This document shows, piece after piece, positions 1-11,000 of a stretch of DNA of 64,000 nt. Position 1 is the first letter of the stretch, and every line of letters begins with the position of its first letter. The DNA is from an uncultured Fibrobacter sp. (GTDB taxonomy: Bacteria; Fibrobacterota; Fibrobacteria; Fibrobacterales; Fibrobacteraceae), in contig CAMKMX010000005.1 in the NCBI GenBank assembly GCA_946414025.1, forward strand, positions 15,032 through 79,031, written 5' to 3'. Position numbers and translations under genes: made by a program. Under the pieces are notes generated by a model. The model was not told the origin of the DNA, did no database searches, and saw only the letters and a program-made list of their open reading frames with translations.

Positions 1-5
1 AAAAG

Positions 6-776
6 TTGCGCAAGGAACTGGCCGGCGTCAAGAAACTCGCCAACGAGCGTGCCAAGAAGGCGAACCTCAACAACAAGAAGCTCCGTGACTGCAGCGTGCA
101 CCTCACCGACGCCAAGAACCCGCTCAAGAGCGAGACCATGATATTCATTACCGAGGGTAATTCCGCCTCCGGTACCATCACCACGGCCCGCAACCCCAAG
201 ACCCAGGCGGTGTTCAGCCTGCGCGGCAAGCCGAAGAACAGCTACGGCCTCTCCAAGAAAATCGTGTACGAGAACGAGGAATGGAACCTGCTCCAGGCCG
301 CCCTCAACATCGAAAACGGCCTCGAGGACCTGCGCTACGACAAGGTGATTATCGCGACCGATGCCGACGTGGACGGCATGCACATCCGCCTCCTGGTGAT
401 GACGTTCTTCTTGCAGTACTTCCCGGAACTCGTGCAGGAGAAGCACCTCTACATATTGCAGGCTCCGCTTTTCCGCGTACGCAACCGCAAGGACAAGAAG
501 AAGACCTTCTACTGCTACGACGAAGAGGAACGCGACAAGGCCGCGAAGGAAATCAACAAGAAAGATTTGGAAATCACGCGCTTCAAAGGCCTCGGCGAAA
601 TGGACTCCGAGGACTTCAAGCTGCTTATCGGCGAAAACATGCACCTGGAGACCGTCACCATGCCAAGCGACGCTTCGCTCGGCAAGCTGCTGGAATACTA
701 CATGGGCAAGAATACCCAGGCCCGCCAGGACTACATCGTCGAAAACCTGCGCACCGAGGCAGTAGAGGAATTGTAA
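6..776 (+). CDS. parE: DNA topoisomerase IV subunit B, C-terminal part (5' end lies outside the window)
   Basis: TOPRIM motifs [37 protein letters not shown]; directly upstream of a ParC-type subunit. Confidence 0.85.
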   Translation: MRKELAGVKKLANERAKKANLNNKKLRDCSVHLTDAKNPLKSETMIFITEGNSASGTITTARNPKTQAVFSLRGKPKNSYGLSKKIVYENEEWNLLQAALNIENGLEDLRYDKVIIATDADVDGMHIRLLVMTFFLQYFPELVQEKHLYILQAPLFRVRNRKDKKKTFYCYDEEERDKAAKEINKKDLEITRFKGLGEMDSEDFKLLIGENMHLETVTMPSDASLGKLLEYYMGKNTQARQDYIVENLRTEAVEEL

Positions 777-780
777 CAGG

Positions 781-903
781 TATGGGCTACGAGCTATGAG
801 CACTGGCCTTCGGCCCTTTGAGCAAAGTAAGGCGCCACAGGCGCGATTATCTAAGCTCAAAGCGAAGCGACCTCACACCTCAAAGCGAAGCGACCTCAAG
901 GCT
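781..903. repeat. Intergenic repeat family I (GGCGCC..GGCGCGATTAT core with heptamer-like arms and GCGAAGC mini-hairpins)
   Basis: Core ggcgccacaggcgcgattat recurs inverted near 15998 and directly near 60769. Confidence 0.7.
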
Positions 904-908
904 AAATT

Positions 909-3464
909 ATGGATGAAGAACAGAAAACTTTAGGACTTTCGAACGTAAACCACCTGGAAAAGCTGTACAACGGCTGGTTCCTAGACTACGCGAGCTATAC
1001 GATTCTCGACCGCGCCGTGCCCTACTTCGAGGACGGTTTAAAGCCGGTGCAGCGCCGCATTCTGCATACCATGTACGAGATGAACGACGGCAGCTTCCAC
1101 AAGGTGGCGGGCATCGTGGGCGACACCATGCACTACCACCCCCACGGCGACGCCTCCATCTACACGGCCCTCGTGAACATGGGCCAGAAAAACCTGCTTA
1201 TCGAGCCGCAGGGTAACTGGGGTAACCCGCTTACGGGCGACGAGGCGGCCGCCCCGCGTTACATCGAAGGCAAGCTCAGCGATTTTGCGCTGGACGTGAT
1301 GTTCAACCCCGAGACTACGGAATGGATTCCGAACTACGACGGGCGTTCCAAGGAACCGGTGACGCTCCCCGCGAAGTTCCCGATTCTCCTGGCCCAAGGT
1401 GTGGACGGCATCGCGGTGGGCCTTTCCACCACCATCCTCCCCCACAACTTCAAGGAACTGTGCCAGGCGAGCATCGACTACCTGCGGGGCCGCAAGTTCA
1501 CGCTGTACCCTGACTTCTACACGGGCGGCATCATCGACGTGAGCGAATACAACGACGGCCAGCGCGGCGGACGCCTCAAGGTCCGTGCGAAAATCGAGAA
1601 ACTCGACAACAAGACGCTGGTTATCCGCGAAATTCCCTTCGGCACCACCACCGATAGCCTCATCGACTCCATCGTGGCGGCCAACGACAAGGGAAAAATC
1701 AAGATCAAGCAGATTGTGGACCACACCACCGAAAATGTGGAAATCCAGATCCACCTGCAGGCAGGTTCCGACCCGCAAGTCGTCATCGACGCGCTCTATG
1801 CGTTTACCGACTGCCAGACGACATTAGCCGCCAACAGCTGCGTGATTATCGACAAGAAGCCGAAATTCAGTAGCACCACGGAACTTCTGAAGCTCAGCAC
1901 CGACCACACGGTACACCTGCTGGACTGGGAACTGGACAACGAGCTCAAGCACCTGCAGGATCAGTGGCACATGACGAGCCTCGAGAAGATTTTCATCGAG
2001 AAGGAAGTCTATGAGGTCATCAAGAAGGCAAAGACCCACGACGAGATGGTCCAGCTGATTGACGAAGGCCTGAAACCCTTCGTGAAAAAACTCCGTCGGG
2101 AAGTGACCCGCGAAGAAATCCTCAAGCTGGCCGAAATTCCGGTCCGCCGCATCAGCCGTTTTGACCGCAAGAAGGCCGACGAGTTCCTGGAAGAACTGGA
2201 CAAGAAGATTGAAGAGGTGAACTACAACAAGGAACACCTCACCGACTACGCCGTGAACTACTTCAAAAACATCCTCAAGAAGTACGGCGAAGGTCGCGAC
2301 CGCAAAACAGAAATCGGCGAATTCGGCCAGGTGAGCGCCGTACATGTGGCCCTCGCGAACCAGAAGCTCTACGTGAACCGCAAGGAAGGCTTCCTCGGCA
2401 CGGGCATGAAGAAGGAAGAATACCTCTTTGACGTGTCCGAATACGACGACCTCATCGTGTTCAAGGCCGACGGCAGCTTCAAGGTGGTGAAGGTCTCCGA
2501 CAAGGATTTCGTGGGCAAGAACATCGTCCTCGTTGAAAAGTTCAACAAGGACGACGAGCGCCACATCTACAACGTCATCCACCAGGACGGCAAGGACGGC
2601 ACCGCCTACATCAAGCGTTTCAACGTAGGCGGCGTGACCCGCGACAAGGACTACTACATGGGCAAGAACAAGCCCGGTAGCCGCCTCTTGTACATGTCCA
2701 GCAACCTGAACGGTGAAGCCGAAGTGGTAGAAGTGACCCTGAAGCCCCGCCCGCGTACCAAGCTGAACTTCGAAGTGGACTTCAGCTCCATCGAAGTGAA
2801 AGGACGCGGCGCCATGGGCAATATCGTCACCAAGTACCCAGTCAAGACAGTCAAGCGTATCCGTAAGGGTGTCAGCACTCTGGGGGCCCGCGTGCTGTAT
2901 TTTGACGCCCTTTCCGGACTCATCAGCACCCAGAGAAGGGGCGACCGCATCGGCGAATTCGGCGAGAAGGACAAAATCCTCATCGTCAAGGAAAACGGCA
3001 GGGCCCGCGTCCATGACATGGCCGACCCGATTCTTGTGGGTACCGGTATCAAGTACATCCACAAGTTCGACCCCAGCCAGGTCTTTACCATCCTCTACTT
3101 CGAGGGCGGAAACTTCAACTACATGGTGAAGCGTTTCAACCTGGAAGGCTGTCCCATGACAACGGAATTCAATCTCATCAGTGATCACAAGGATTCCCAG
3201 ATGATTGAATTCTTCGCCACAGACGACGCCCGCCAACTGATGGAATACCAGGTAGGCCGTGAAGTCCAGAAAGAAGAGCTGGACCTGACGGAAGTGGCCG
3301 ATGTCAAGAGTTACAAGGCTCTGGGCAGCAAGTTCACCGCCAAGAAGGTCAAACGCACCAGCCGAATCAGCCCGGCCGACACCTTCGACGACGGCACGGA
3401 CGATTCTGCCACCGGTACAGAAGTATCCGTCAAGGACGAAGACGACAACGACCTGTTTAAATAG
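909..3464 (+). CDS. parC: DNA topoisomerase IV subunit A
   Basis: DGLKPVQRRIL, YHPHGD and catalytic AAPRY motifs; no GyrA-box seen. Confidence 0.85.
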   Translation: MDEEQKTLGLSNVNHLEKLYNGWFLDYASYTILDRAVPYFEDGLKPVQRRILHTMYEMNDGSFHKVAGIVGDTMHYHPHGDASIYTALVNMGQKNLLIEPQGNWGNPLTGDEAAAPRYIEGKLSDFALDVMFNPETTEWIPNYDGRSKEPVTLPAKFPILLAQGVDGIAVGLSTTILPHNFKELCQASIDYLRGRKFTLYPDFYTGGIIDVSEYNDGQRGGRLKVRAKIEKLDNKTLVIREIPFGTTTDSLIDSIVAANDKGKIKIKQIVDHTTENVEIQIHLQAGSDPQVVIDALYAFTDCQTTLAANSCVIIDKKPKFSSTTELLKLSTDHTVHLLDWELDNELKHLQDQWHMTSLEKIFIEKEVYEVIKKAKTHDEMVQLIDEGLKPFVKKLRREVTREEILKLAEIPVRRISRFDRKKADEFLEELDKKIEEVNYNKEHLTDYAVNYFKNILKKYGEGRDRKTEIGEFGQVSAVHVALANQKLYVNRKEGFLGTGMKKEEYLFDVSEYDDLIVFKADGSFKVVKVSDKDFVGKNIVLVEKFNKDDERHIYNVIHQDGKDGTAYIKRFNVGGVTRDKDYYMGKNKPGSRLLYMSSNLNGEAEVVEVTLKPRPRTKLNFEVDFSSIEVKGRGAMGNIVTKYPVKTVKRIRKGVSTLGARVLYFDALSGLISTQRRGDRIGEFGEKDKILIVKENGRARVHDMADPILVGTGIKYIHKFDPSQVFTILYFEGGNFNYMVKRFNLEGCPMTTEFNLISDHKDSQMIEFFATDDARQLMEYQVGREVQKEELDLTEVADVKSYKALGSKFTAKKVKRTSRISPADTFDDGTDDSATGTEVSVKDEDDNDLFK

Positions 3465-3499
3465 GGAGAGCTACCCCCTCCTTCCCTAAAACCTCCTTG

Positions 3500-3634
3500 C
3501 AATAAGAAAGGCCCCCCTCGCGGGGGACCTTTCCTAAGAAGGAGAAAATATTGAGAAACTAAAAGTACTTAGGACTCATCAGGAGGGGAGCAATGATATA
3601 AATTGTCCTAAGATTTACCCATTAATATCCCAAC
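3500..3634 (-). ncRNA. Candidate small RNA with C-rich (anti-SD-like) loop and intrinsic terminator
   Basis: Minus-strand TATATT at 3646-3641; 8-bp stem (3568-3575/3605-3612) enclosing CUCCCCUCCU; GC hairpin followed by TTCTTATT at the 3' end. Confidence 0.4.
3501..3533 (-). terminator. Rho-independent terminator
   Basis: gaaaggcccccc-tcg-cgggggacctttc hairpin with a T-rich tail on the minus strand. Confidence 0.6.
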
Positions 3635-3715
3635 GCTCATAATATACCAATTCTTTGGGGCTTTGGAACTTTTGTTTTTCTTATTTAAATTTCTATTTCT
3701 TTCTTACAAATACTT

Positions 3716-5017
3716 CTACTCTTCTCTAAATATAATCTTGCACTTAGGCACAAACCTGAACCCGCCACGACGGTGACGTTCAATTTCAAAGTACTTCTTG
3801 ACACCTTCCGATACGTTACCATCCTTGTCGTCGGTGCCGTTAATATGGGCAATGACGCGGTTCAGGCGGCTTTCGAAGTTCGGGCGGAGCGGATCCATAC
3901 AGATAGCCGGATCCCTCTTGAATTCGCGGTTCTCGTATTCTTCACGACCTGTTGCGGTGTATTCGCGGAGCAAGTTTCTAAGGATTCGGGCAGGCACGTT
4001 GCGCATCAAGTGCTTGCTGTTCACCGAAATGGAATCATCGCTCTTATAGTAAATGACCGTCACGGAGTCGTTTAAGCCTTCCAAAAGCTGCTCCTGAGCC
4101 TTCTGGATGGGCTTCCAGGAATCAAATTCCTGCTTGACCACGGCACTCATCAGCTTATTGAAGGGCTCCGGAGCCACCACATCGGCCTTGTAATCAAAAA
4201 ATACGATTGCGGCAGGGGCACCATAGTAACAGCCCTTATGGATAAGGACTGCGCCAACCTTCTCATCCACCACGTCTTCGAGGGCTTTGACGCAGGTCAT
4301 TTTCTTTTCGGCGTCAAATTCCCATTCTAGGCCATTTTCTTCGAGGCAGTCCCCGAAGGTCATATTCTTACCCACGGCACGACCGTTCACATAAACAAAG
4401 CCGTCATCCCGCATTTCAGCGGTAGCCCTGTTTTCCAAGGCTTCAATGAAAGAGGTCTGGGCAGCCTTAAATTCCATGTGTTCGTAGGGCGGAGTATCCA
4501 AAAGGATAGGGCCAATTTGTACTAAACCGTTGAACCACCGCATGGGGTTCGTCACCAACATGCCCGGAGAATCGAAACGGAACGAGAAATATTCCTTTCG
4601 GTTTCCATCAACAACTTCACGACGGAGGAACTTGGGATCGGTAAGCAGGGGGTAACGCTTGGGGATAATATCCAGGCAGAGCTGACGCACATCCTTGGTG
4701 GCATAGAACTGAGACACATAAGGAAGGTAAGAGCGCAGCACACTACGGGCAGGAACCCCTTCAAAAGCGGCGCAGCGGTCAATAATACGCTGCACAAAGG
4801 CATCGGGATTTTCGCCCCGCTCATAAAGCCAGTTCACCACCGTATTCATAATCAGACGGTGAACGCTCTCATCAACGAAGGAATCTTCAAAGTAAATGTC
4901 ATTTAAAGTCTTTACCGTAAAGCGAGGGTCTTTTTTTACCAAAGTCAAGAGGTCCTTGACAGGGTAAGAAATCAGCAGCTCAATATGTGTAAACTGTAAA
5001 AACAGATTCGATAACAC
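3716..5017 (-). CDS. Hypothetical protein with putative C-terminal winged-helix DNA-binding domain
   Basis: 433-aa ORF; C-terminus (YYKSDDSISVN...ARILRNLLREY...NREFKRDP...FESRL...IERHRRGGFRF) resembles wHTH effector tails of GAF-type regulators. Confidence 0.6.
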   Translation of the reverse strand: MLSNLFLQFTHIELLISYPVKDLLTLVKKDPRFTVKTLNDIYFEDSFVDESVHRLIMNTVVNWLYERGENPDAFVQRIIDRCAAFEGVPARSVLRSYLPYVSQFYATKDVRQLCLDIIPKRYPLLTDPKFLRREVVDGNRKEYFSFRFDSPGMLVTNPMRWFNGLVQIGPILLDTPPYEHMEFKAAQTSFIEALENRATAEMRDDGFVYVNGRAVGKNMTFGDCLEENGLEWEFDAEKKMTCVKALEDVVDEKVGAVLIHKGCYYGAPAAIVFFDYKADVVAPEPFNKLMSAVVKQEFDSWKPIQKAQEQLLEGLNDSVTVIYYKSDDSISVNSKHLMRNVPARILRNLLREYTATGREEYENREFKRDPAICMDPLRPNFESRLNRVIAHINGTDDKDGNVSEGVKKYFEIERHRRGGFRFVPKCKIIFREE

Positions 5018-5116
5018 GATAACCTCACTCCGACAAGCCGCCTAGGATTGGCGTTAGTCTCTTGTAGCAATATAGTAAAAAAAACATAAAAAACAAAAAA
5101 TGGCTATATTTTGGCC

Positions 5117-6961
5117 GTGGAATCCGCCAAAATACACATTTTGCCCGATGAAATCATCAATAAAATCGCCGCAGGCGAGGTAATTGAGCGACCTGCATCG
5201 GCAGTCAAGGAGCTTTTGGAGAACGCCATAGACGCTGGCGCAACCCGTATCCAGGTGCAAATCGAGCAGGGCGGCAAGCAAAAAATCGTAGTGTCCGACA
5301 ACGGCAAGGGCATGGGACAAGCAGACCTGGACCTGTGCTACCTGCGGCACACCACCTCTAAGTTGAGCAGTGCCGACGATCTGTTCCACCTGCACACCAA
5401 CGGGTTCCGCGGCGAAGCGGTAGCCTCAATCGCCGCCGTGTCTAAAATGACCATTACCAGCGCCACGGACCAGGGCGAAAGCAACCGCATTGTGCTTCAT
5501 GGCGGAAACGTCATCGAAAGAGAAGGTGTGGCCGCCAGCCGAGGCACAACTTTCCTTATCGAAGACCTTTTTTACAACACCCCTGTCCGGAGGACATTTC
5601 TCGGAAGCGAGGTGGCAGAATCCTCCAAGATTCTAGACGTCGTCTTGAAAATTGCGCTGGCCCACCCCGAAATCCGTATCGACTACAAGGTAGGCGAAAA
5701 ATCCGTATTTATCGGAGTCCCCGGAGAGCTCCGGACCCGCATCGCCGAAGCCATCGGGTCGGGCATCGCCAAAAAAATGCTCCCGGTGGACTACACCGAA
5801 GCTGGCGTCCACGTGACCGGCTTTATTTCGCCCACTACAGAACAAAACGGCAAGCGTTATCACCAGTACCTATACCTGCGGAACAGGCCCATCGAGAACA
5901 AGGCCATCGCCAAGGCCATCAGCCAGGCTTATGAGCCCTACGGCGTCAACTGCAAGCCTGTGACGGTCCTGTTCCTGGACATGCCGGACATGGAGTTCGA
6001 CGTCAACGTGCACCCCGCCAAAAGGGAAGTCCGTTTTGCGAACCAGAACCTGGTATTCCTGGTAGTGACCCACGCCATTCGGGAAACTTTTAGAGAGGAT
6101 TTAGAAAAGAATTCTCCCCTTATCGATTTAAGTTCAGAAATAGCAGACGGGATCGGAACAGAAGTCCCGACCAGTGACCAATCCCTCATTGCATCTCCGA
6201 AATTTCAGGAATTCAACGCCTCGGCTCCGCGGTTCAAGGACAGCGGAACCAGCCGTTACACTCCCGACAAAGACGAAGTCCAGGACCTGTTTTCACAGCC
6301 CGAATCGGGCAAGCTTATTTCTCTGGAAGATTCCCTGCAGGACCCCCTCTGGAACAAAGAAGCCCCCGAACCCGAAAACACCCCCTGGGCTCCCCCGGCG
6401 GTATTCCAGACGGCAAACACTTATATTGTAAGCGAAGATTCCGAAGGGCTTTTGGTCATTGACCAACATGCCGCCCATAGCCGAATTCTATACGAACAGG
6501 CTCTGGAGATTCTGAAGAACGGAGGCTCCATCGATAGTCAAGAGCTGTTGTTTCCGGAGCTCACCGAATTTTCCAGAATGGAACGGGAAATTTTCGACTT
6601 TGTAAAAGATTCCCTGAAAACCCTGGGATTTTATGTAGAGCCTTTCGGCGGTTCGGAATTCCAGATCAGGTCCATCCCCTGTAACCTGCCCATTTCCAGA
6701 GCAGCAAAGTCGGTCCACGAGTTCTTGGAAGACTGTATCGAGAACGGAGGGAAAGCAGACCTCGCCAAAGTTCAGGAGTCCATGGCCAAAGCCTGGGCCA
6801 AAACTAACGCGTTCCAGGCGGGCGACAAGCTGAAACCCGAAGAAATGTCCAGGCTAGTAAGCCAGCTGATGGCTACCGAAGACCCGTTAAAATCCCCCTA
6901 CGGCACTCCAACACTTATGCGAATTTCTCTGGACGAACTGGCCAAGAAATTCAGCCGTTAA
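5117..6961 (+). CDS. mutL: DNA mismatch repair protein MutL
   Basis: IAAGEVIERPASAVKELLENAIDAGA, GFRGEA, DVNVHPAKREV and endonuclease motif DQHAAHSRILYE; GTG start inferred. Confidence 0.95.
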   Translation: MESAKIHILPDEIINKIAAGEVIERPASAVKELLENAIDAGATRIQVQIEQGGKQKIVVSDNGKGMGQADLDLCYLRHTTSKLSSADDLFHLHTNGFRGEAVASIAAVSKMTITSATDQGESNRIVLHGGNVIEREGVAASRGTTFLIEDLFYNTPVRRTFLGSEVAESSKILDVVLKIALAHPEIRIDYKVGEKSVFIGVPGELRTRIAEAIGSGIAKKMLPVDYTEAGVHVTGFISPTTEQNGKRYHQYLYLRNRPIENKAIAKAISQAYEPYGVNCKPVTVLFLDMPDMEFDVNVHPAKREVRFANQNLVFLVVTHAIRETFREDLEKNSPLIDLSSEIADGIGTEVPTSDQSLIASPKFQEFNASAPRFKDSGTSRYTPDKDEVQDLFSQPESGKLISLEDSLQDPLWNKEAPEPENTPWAPPAVFQTANTYIVSEDSEGLLVIDQHAAHSRILYEQALEILKNGGSIDSQELLFPELTEFSRMEREIFDFVKDSLKTLGFYVEPFGGSEFQIRSIPCNLPISRAAKSVHEFLEDCIENGGKADLAKVQESMAKAWAKTNAFQAGDKLKPEEMSRLVSQLMATEDPLKSPYGTPTLMRISLDELAKKFSR

Positions 6962-8093
6962 ATAATTTATCCACAAAACAATCCGGAACAAAGCCTTTGC
7001 CGAGGCGCTCCGTCAAGGACACGGCCAACTGCCTTGATTTAGCAAGGTCTTGGTTGTGCATGGCCGCTAGAATCTGGGGAGCCATTTTTGTTGTGCTTCT
7101 ACCTATAAATTCAGGAATCAACATTTTTTTCATTAAAATGTTGGGCATGGCGAAAGTTCTTGTTTTCACAAGCAATTTTCCCAAAGCATAGGTCAAAAAA
7201 TCGGGCTTTGTGGCAACCACCAGAGGGGCTCCCGAAAGGGCAAGCTCAAGAGTCACCGTCCCCGGAGTGGCAAGGGCTATAGATGCCGACCCGAACAGCA
7301 TGCGGCGCTCTTCGGAATCTTCGGGCGCCACCTGAACAGAAAACTGTTGGCGCTCCGCCTCCCCTATTTTTTGGAAATAACTTTCCAAAGGCGGTATAAG
7401 GGTTTCACGAGGGACAATCAACTTGACTTTTTTACCTGTAGCGGCCTGCGGTGAACGCATTTTTAGCCATGCCTCCGCCACTCTCAAGAACAAGTCCATG
7501 TTTCGTTTTGCCTGAGAAAGCCTGCTCCCCGGAAAAAGGAGCAAAGTTTCTTCGCTGAAATTCAACTGTTCCGAGTAGGGCAAAGTATGGTACAGGTTTT
7601 CGTGCAGCAGAAACGGATGGAGCAAGACGTCGGCATTAACGCCCTTTTGCCCATAGGCCTCTTTTTCAAACTGGAAAAGCACAGCGAGATTCACATCGCG
7701 GAGTTTCTGGGCGCGTCCCGGTTTCCAGGCCCAAATCTGGGGTGGAGCTACATAAAGTACCGGCTTCCCCATCTTTTTTGCGACCTGGCAAAGTTTCATG
7801 TTAAAACCGGGATAATCAATAGCGATAAACGCCTTGCATTCCTCGGAACAAAGCAGGTCTTTCAGCTTTCGATAAACTTTTTGGAGCCTAGCCGTCCGAG
7901 GCAAAACGTCCAGAAATCCAGAAACAGGAAGCTCGTTAAATTCTGCAATAGGAACAAGTCCCGCATTCTGCATGCGGCAGCCGCCCGTACCCACCGGGAG
8001 CATTCCCCGCTGGACTATGGACTGTACAAAGGCTTCCCCCAGAACGTCTCCGGAATCTTCCCCTGCACAGAAAAGGACAAACGGTTCTTGCAC
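6951..8093 (-). CDS. lpxB: Lipid-A-disaccharide synthase
   Basis: AGEDSGD, IDYPGFN, APPQIWAW, FPGSR and PGTVTLE motifs. Confidence 0.9.
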   Translation of the reverse strand: MQEPFVLFCAGEDSGDVLGEAFVQSIVQRGMLPVGTGGCRMQNAGLVPIAEFNELPVSGFLDVLPRTARLQKVYRKLKDLLCSEECKAFIAIDYPGFNMKLCQVAKKMGKPVLYVAPPQIWAWKPGRAQKLRDVNLAVLFQFEKEAYGQKGVNADVLLHPFLLHENLYHTLPYSEQLNFSEETLLLFPGSRLSQAKRNMDLFLRVAEAWLKMRSPQAATGKKVKLIVPRETLIPPLESYFQKIGEAERQQFSVQVAPEDSEERRMLFGSASIALATPGTVTLELALSGAPLVVATKPDFLTYALGKLLVKTRTFAMPNILMKKMLIPEFIGRSTTKMAPQILAAMHNQDLAKSRQLAVSLTERLGKGFVPDCFVDKLFNG

Positions 8094-8098
8094 AGAAA

Positions 8099-11000
8099 CT
8101 ACCTGCGGGGTTTCCCGGAGACCCAGACCTTAGAGGCGCCCATGTCTTGCTTGAGCCAATTCAGTACATCTTGAGAATAGGACAGTTTGTATTTGTGAAG
8201 TGTCAGCCCATGTTCGTAACTTGATTCCGTCTCTATGTGCAGGACCAACTCGCTTCCTGGCTCCCCTTCGAACGCCTCGAACTGTTGCATTCCCATTTCC
8301 AGCTTCTGCAAGAATTCTTCTGAAAGCATAGAAGAATAGATGTTGGCGTGGATGTATTTGACCATACGCTCACGGACATAGTCCAGCTGGTAGGCTTCTT
8401 CTACCACCACCTGCATCTGCTCGGTAATATTCTTCTCTCTATCCCGCTGGTATTCCAGCGTTCCCTTCACCAAAATGCGGTCGTCTTCGGAAATCTTGTC
8501 CCGGAAACTTTCCCAAGTGTCTTTCTTGAAGAACAGTCCCACTTCGCCCTGGAAATCCTGCATTTCGCCAAAGCCGATGGTAGCCCCGCGCTTTGTTTCT
8601 ATAGAACGCATCCGCGTGACGATTCCACCGACGGCCACCACGCAGCCCTCTTTACGGGCCAATTCTTCTTGGCTCAGGCTGCAGGTGGTAAAACCGATCA
8701 ATTCGGGGCGGAATTCGTCTAGCGGGTGCCCAGAAAGGCAGAGCCCAAGAACTTCACGCTCCTTGTTGAGCATTTCTACGCTGCCCCATTCCTCGGCTTC
8801 TTCCAAGACTTCGGCAATGTTAGAAATAGAGGAATCAGCCCCGCCCATATCAAAGAGAGACATCTGTCCTTTGGACTTGTCTTCTTGATAGCGGGCAGCC
8901 ACTTCTAGCGCCCTATCCACCGTAGCCATCAGCACGGCCCTACTCCCCGGCAGGCCATCCAAAGCGCCGGCCATAATCAGGCATTCCAAAGTCTTTTTGC
9001 TGAGGGGCGGGCGTTTTTCTTTCAAGGAGCCCTGGTATTCCGCCACACGCTTACAGAAATCAAAGATAGACTTGAAAGGGCCACCTTTTTCACGGGCCGC
9101 CACCACGTCTTCTACCACGCCGATTCCCACGTTGCGGATTCCCGCAAGACCAAAGAGAATCTGGTGCTTGGTATTGGCGGTAAAAATCCCTTGAGACGAA
9201 TTGATATCCGGAGAAAGCACGGGGATGCCCAAGCGCTTGCATTCCTGGATGATGGTGACGATATCTTCGGTCTTGCCCATCTTCGACGTCATGGAAGCGG
9301 CCATGTATTCTGGGCCGTAATGGGCTTTTAGGTAAGCGGTCTGGTAAGCCACATAGGCGTAGGCGGCAGCATGGCTCTTGTTGAAGGCGTAACCGCAGAA
9401 CGGAAGCACCGCGTCCCACACTTTTTGGATCAACGCATGGTCATAGCCATTGGCTTCACATTTCGTGAAAAACTCCGGTTTCAGTCTTTCCATCTTCTCA
9501 GGCATTTTCTTTGCCATGATACGACGGATATTGTCAGCACCACCCAGGGTGTATCCGCCCAGAATCTGGGCCAGTTTCATCACCTGTTCCTGGTAAACAA
9601 TCACACCGTAGGTTTCGCCAAGCACCTGTTCCAAGTCAGGGTGGTAACAGTCAATTTCTTCTTTACCCTGCTTACGGGCAATAAAGTGGGGAATCTGTTC
9701 CAACGGCCCCGGACGGTACAGGGCGTTCATAGCGATAAGGTCAAAAATTCGGGTCGGCTTCAGTTCTCGCAGGTACTTTTGCATACCCGGAGATTCAAAC
9801 TGGAACACCGTCGTGGTCATGCCCTTGCCCAGCAGGTCAAAGGTTTCCTTGTCATCCAGCGGGATATGGCCCATGTCCAGCTCGATGCCACGGTTCTTCT
9901 TGACCATGTTCACCGTGTCTTGAATGATGGACAAGTTGATAAGACCCAAGAAGTCCATCTTCAGAAGCCCGATATCTTCGGCGTAATGCTTGTCGTACAT
10001 CACCACCGGCGTATCTTCGGGAGCGGCACGGTACAAAGGCGCAAGGTTATAAATCGGAGTCGGCGTAATCACCACACCACAGGCGTGCACGCCTGTCTGG
10101 CGAGGCAAATCCTCTAGCTTTTTGGCAATGTCCCACAGATTCTGGTAGCTGGCACGGCTATTGATCATGGCCTGCAGGGGTTCCGGGCTATAACCATCTT
10201 CCAGGTTGTTTCCCTTCTTGTCTTTACCCGTCCATGCCTGCTTCAAGCTGAAATTCAGGGTCCGCTGCGGGAATAACTTGGTAATCGCTTTCGCTTCTTG
10301 CGGCGGAATACCCAAAACGCGGGCCACGTCGGTAATCACCGCCTTGGACTTGAGCATGCCATAGGTGATAATCTGGCCCACGCACTCCTTGCCGTATTTT
10401 TCGGTCACATAGTCAATCACGCGACCGCGATCCCTATCCGAAAAGTCCGTATCGATATCGGGCATGGACACGCGTTCCGGATTCAGGAACCGTTCAAAAA
10501 GCAAATCAAAGGTCAGCGGGTCAATGTCGGTAATACCGATGATGTAGGTGACAAGAGATCCTGCAGCAGATCCACGGCCAGGCCCCACAGGAATTCCGTG
10601 TTCCCTGGACCAGTTGATAAAGTCCCACACAATCAAGAGGTAGCCCGCCACGTTCATGTTGCGGATACAGTTCAGTTCCTTGTACATGCGGGCTGCCACT
10701 TCGGTATCGTGGGCAGGGAACTTAAAATCTTCGTTGGGGAAACGCCATTTAAGACGCTGGTTACACAGATGCGTAATGTAGATATCGGCGTCACCACCCG
10801 GTTTACACCAGCGACGAATGTTTTTCTCCCAAGCATTGTTGTCGTCGTCGTCAAAAAATTCAGGCTGGGACAGGCGTTCAATTTCTGCCTTGTCTTCGTC
10901 GGTCAGGACATCTTCGGCAATTCCCTTTTCGGCACAATAAGATGCCGTCACCTTTTTCTTTTTATCCTCAATGACTCCCTTGAGTTCCCTTTCGCGAACA

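Noticed and set aside
3536-3602. Strong plus-strand SD sequences followed by 2-3 codon ORFs
   Set aside because: Better explained as the complement of the C/U-rich tracts of the candidate minus-strand sRNA.
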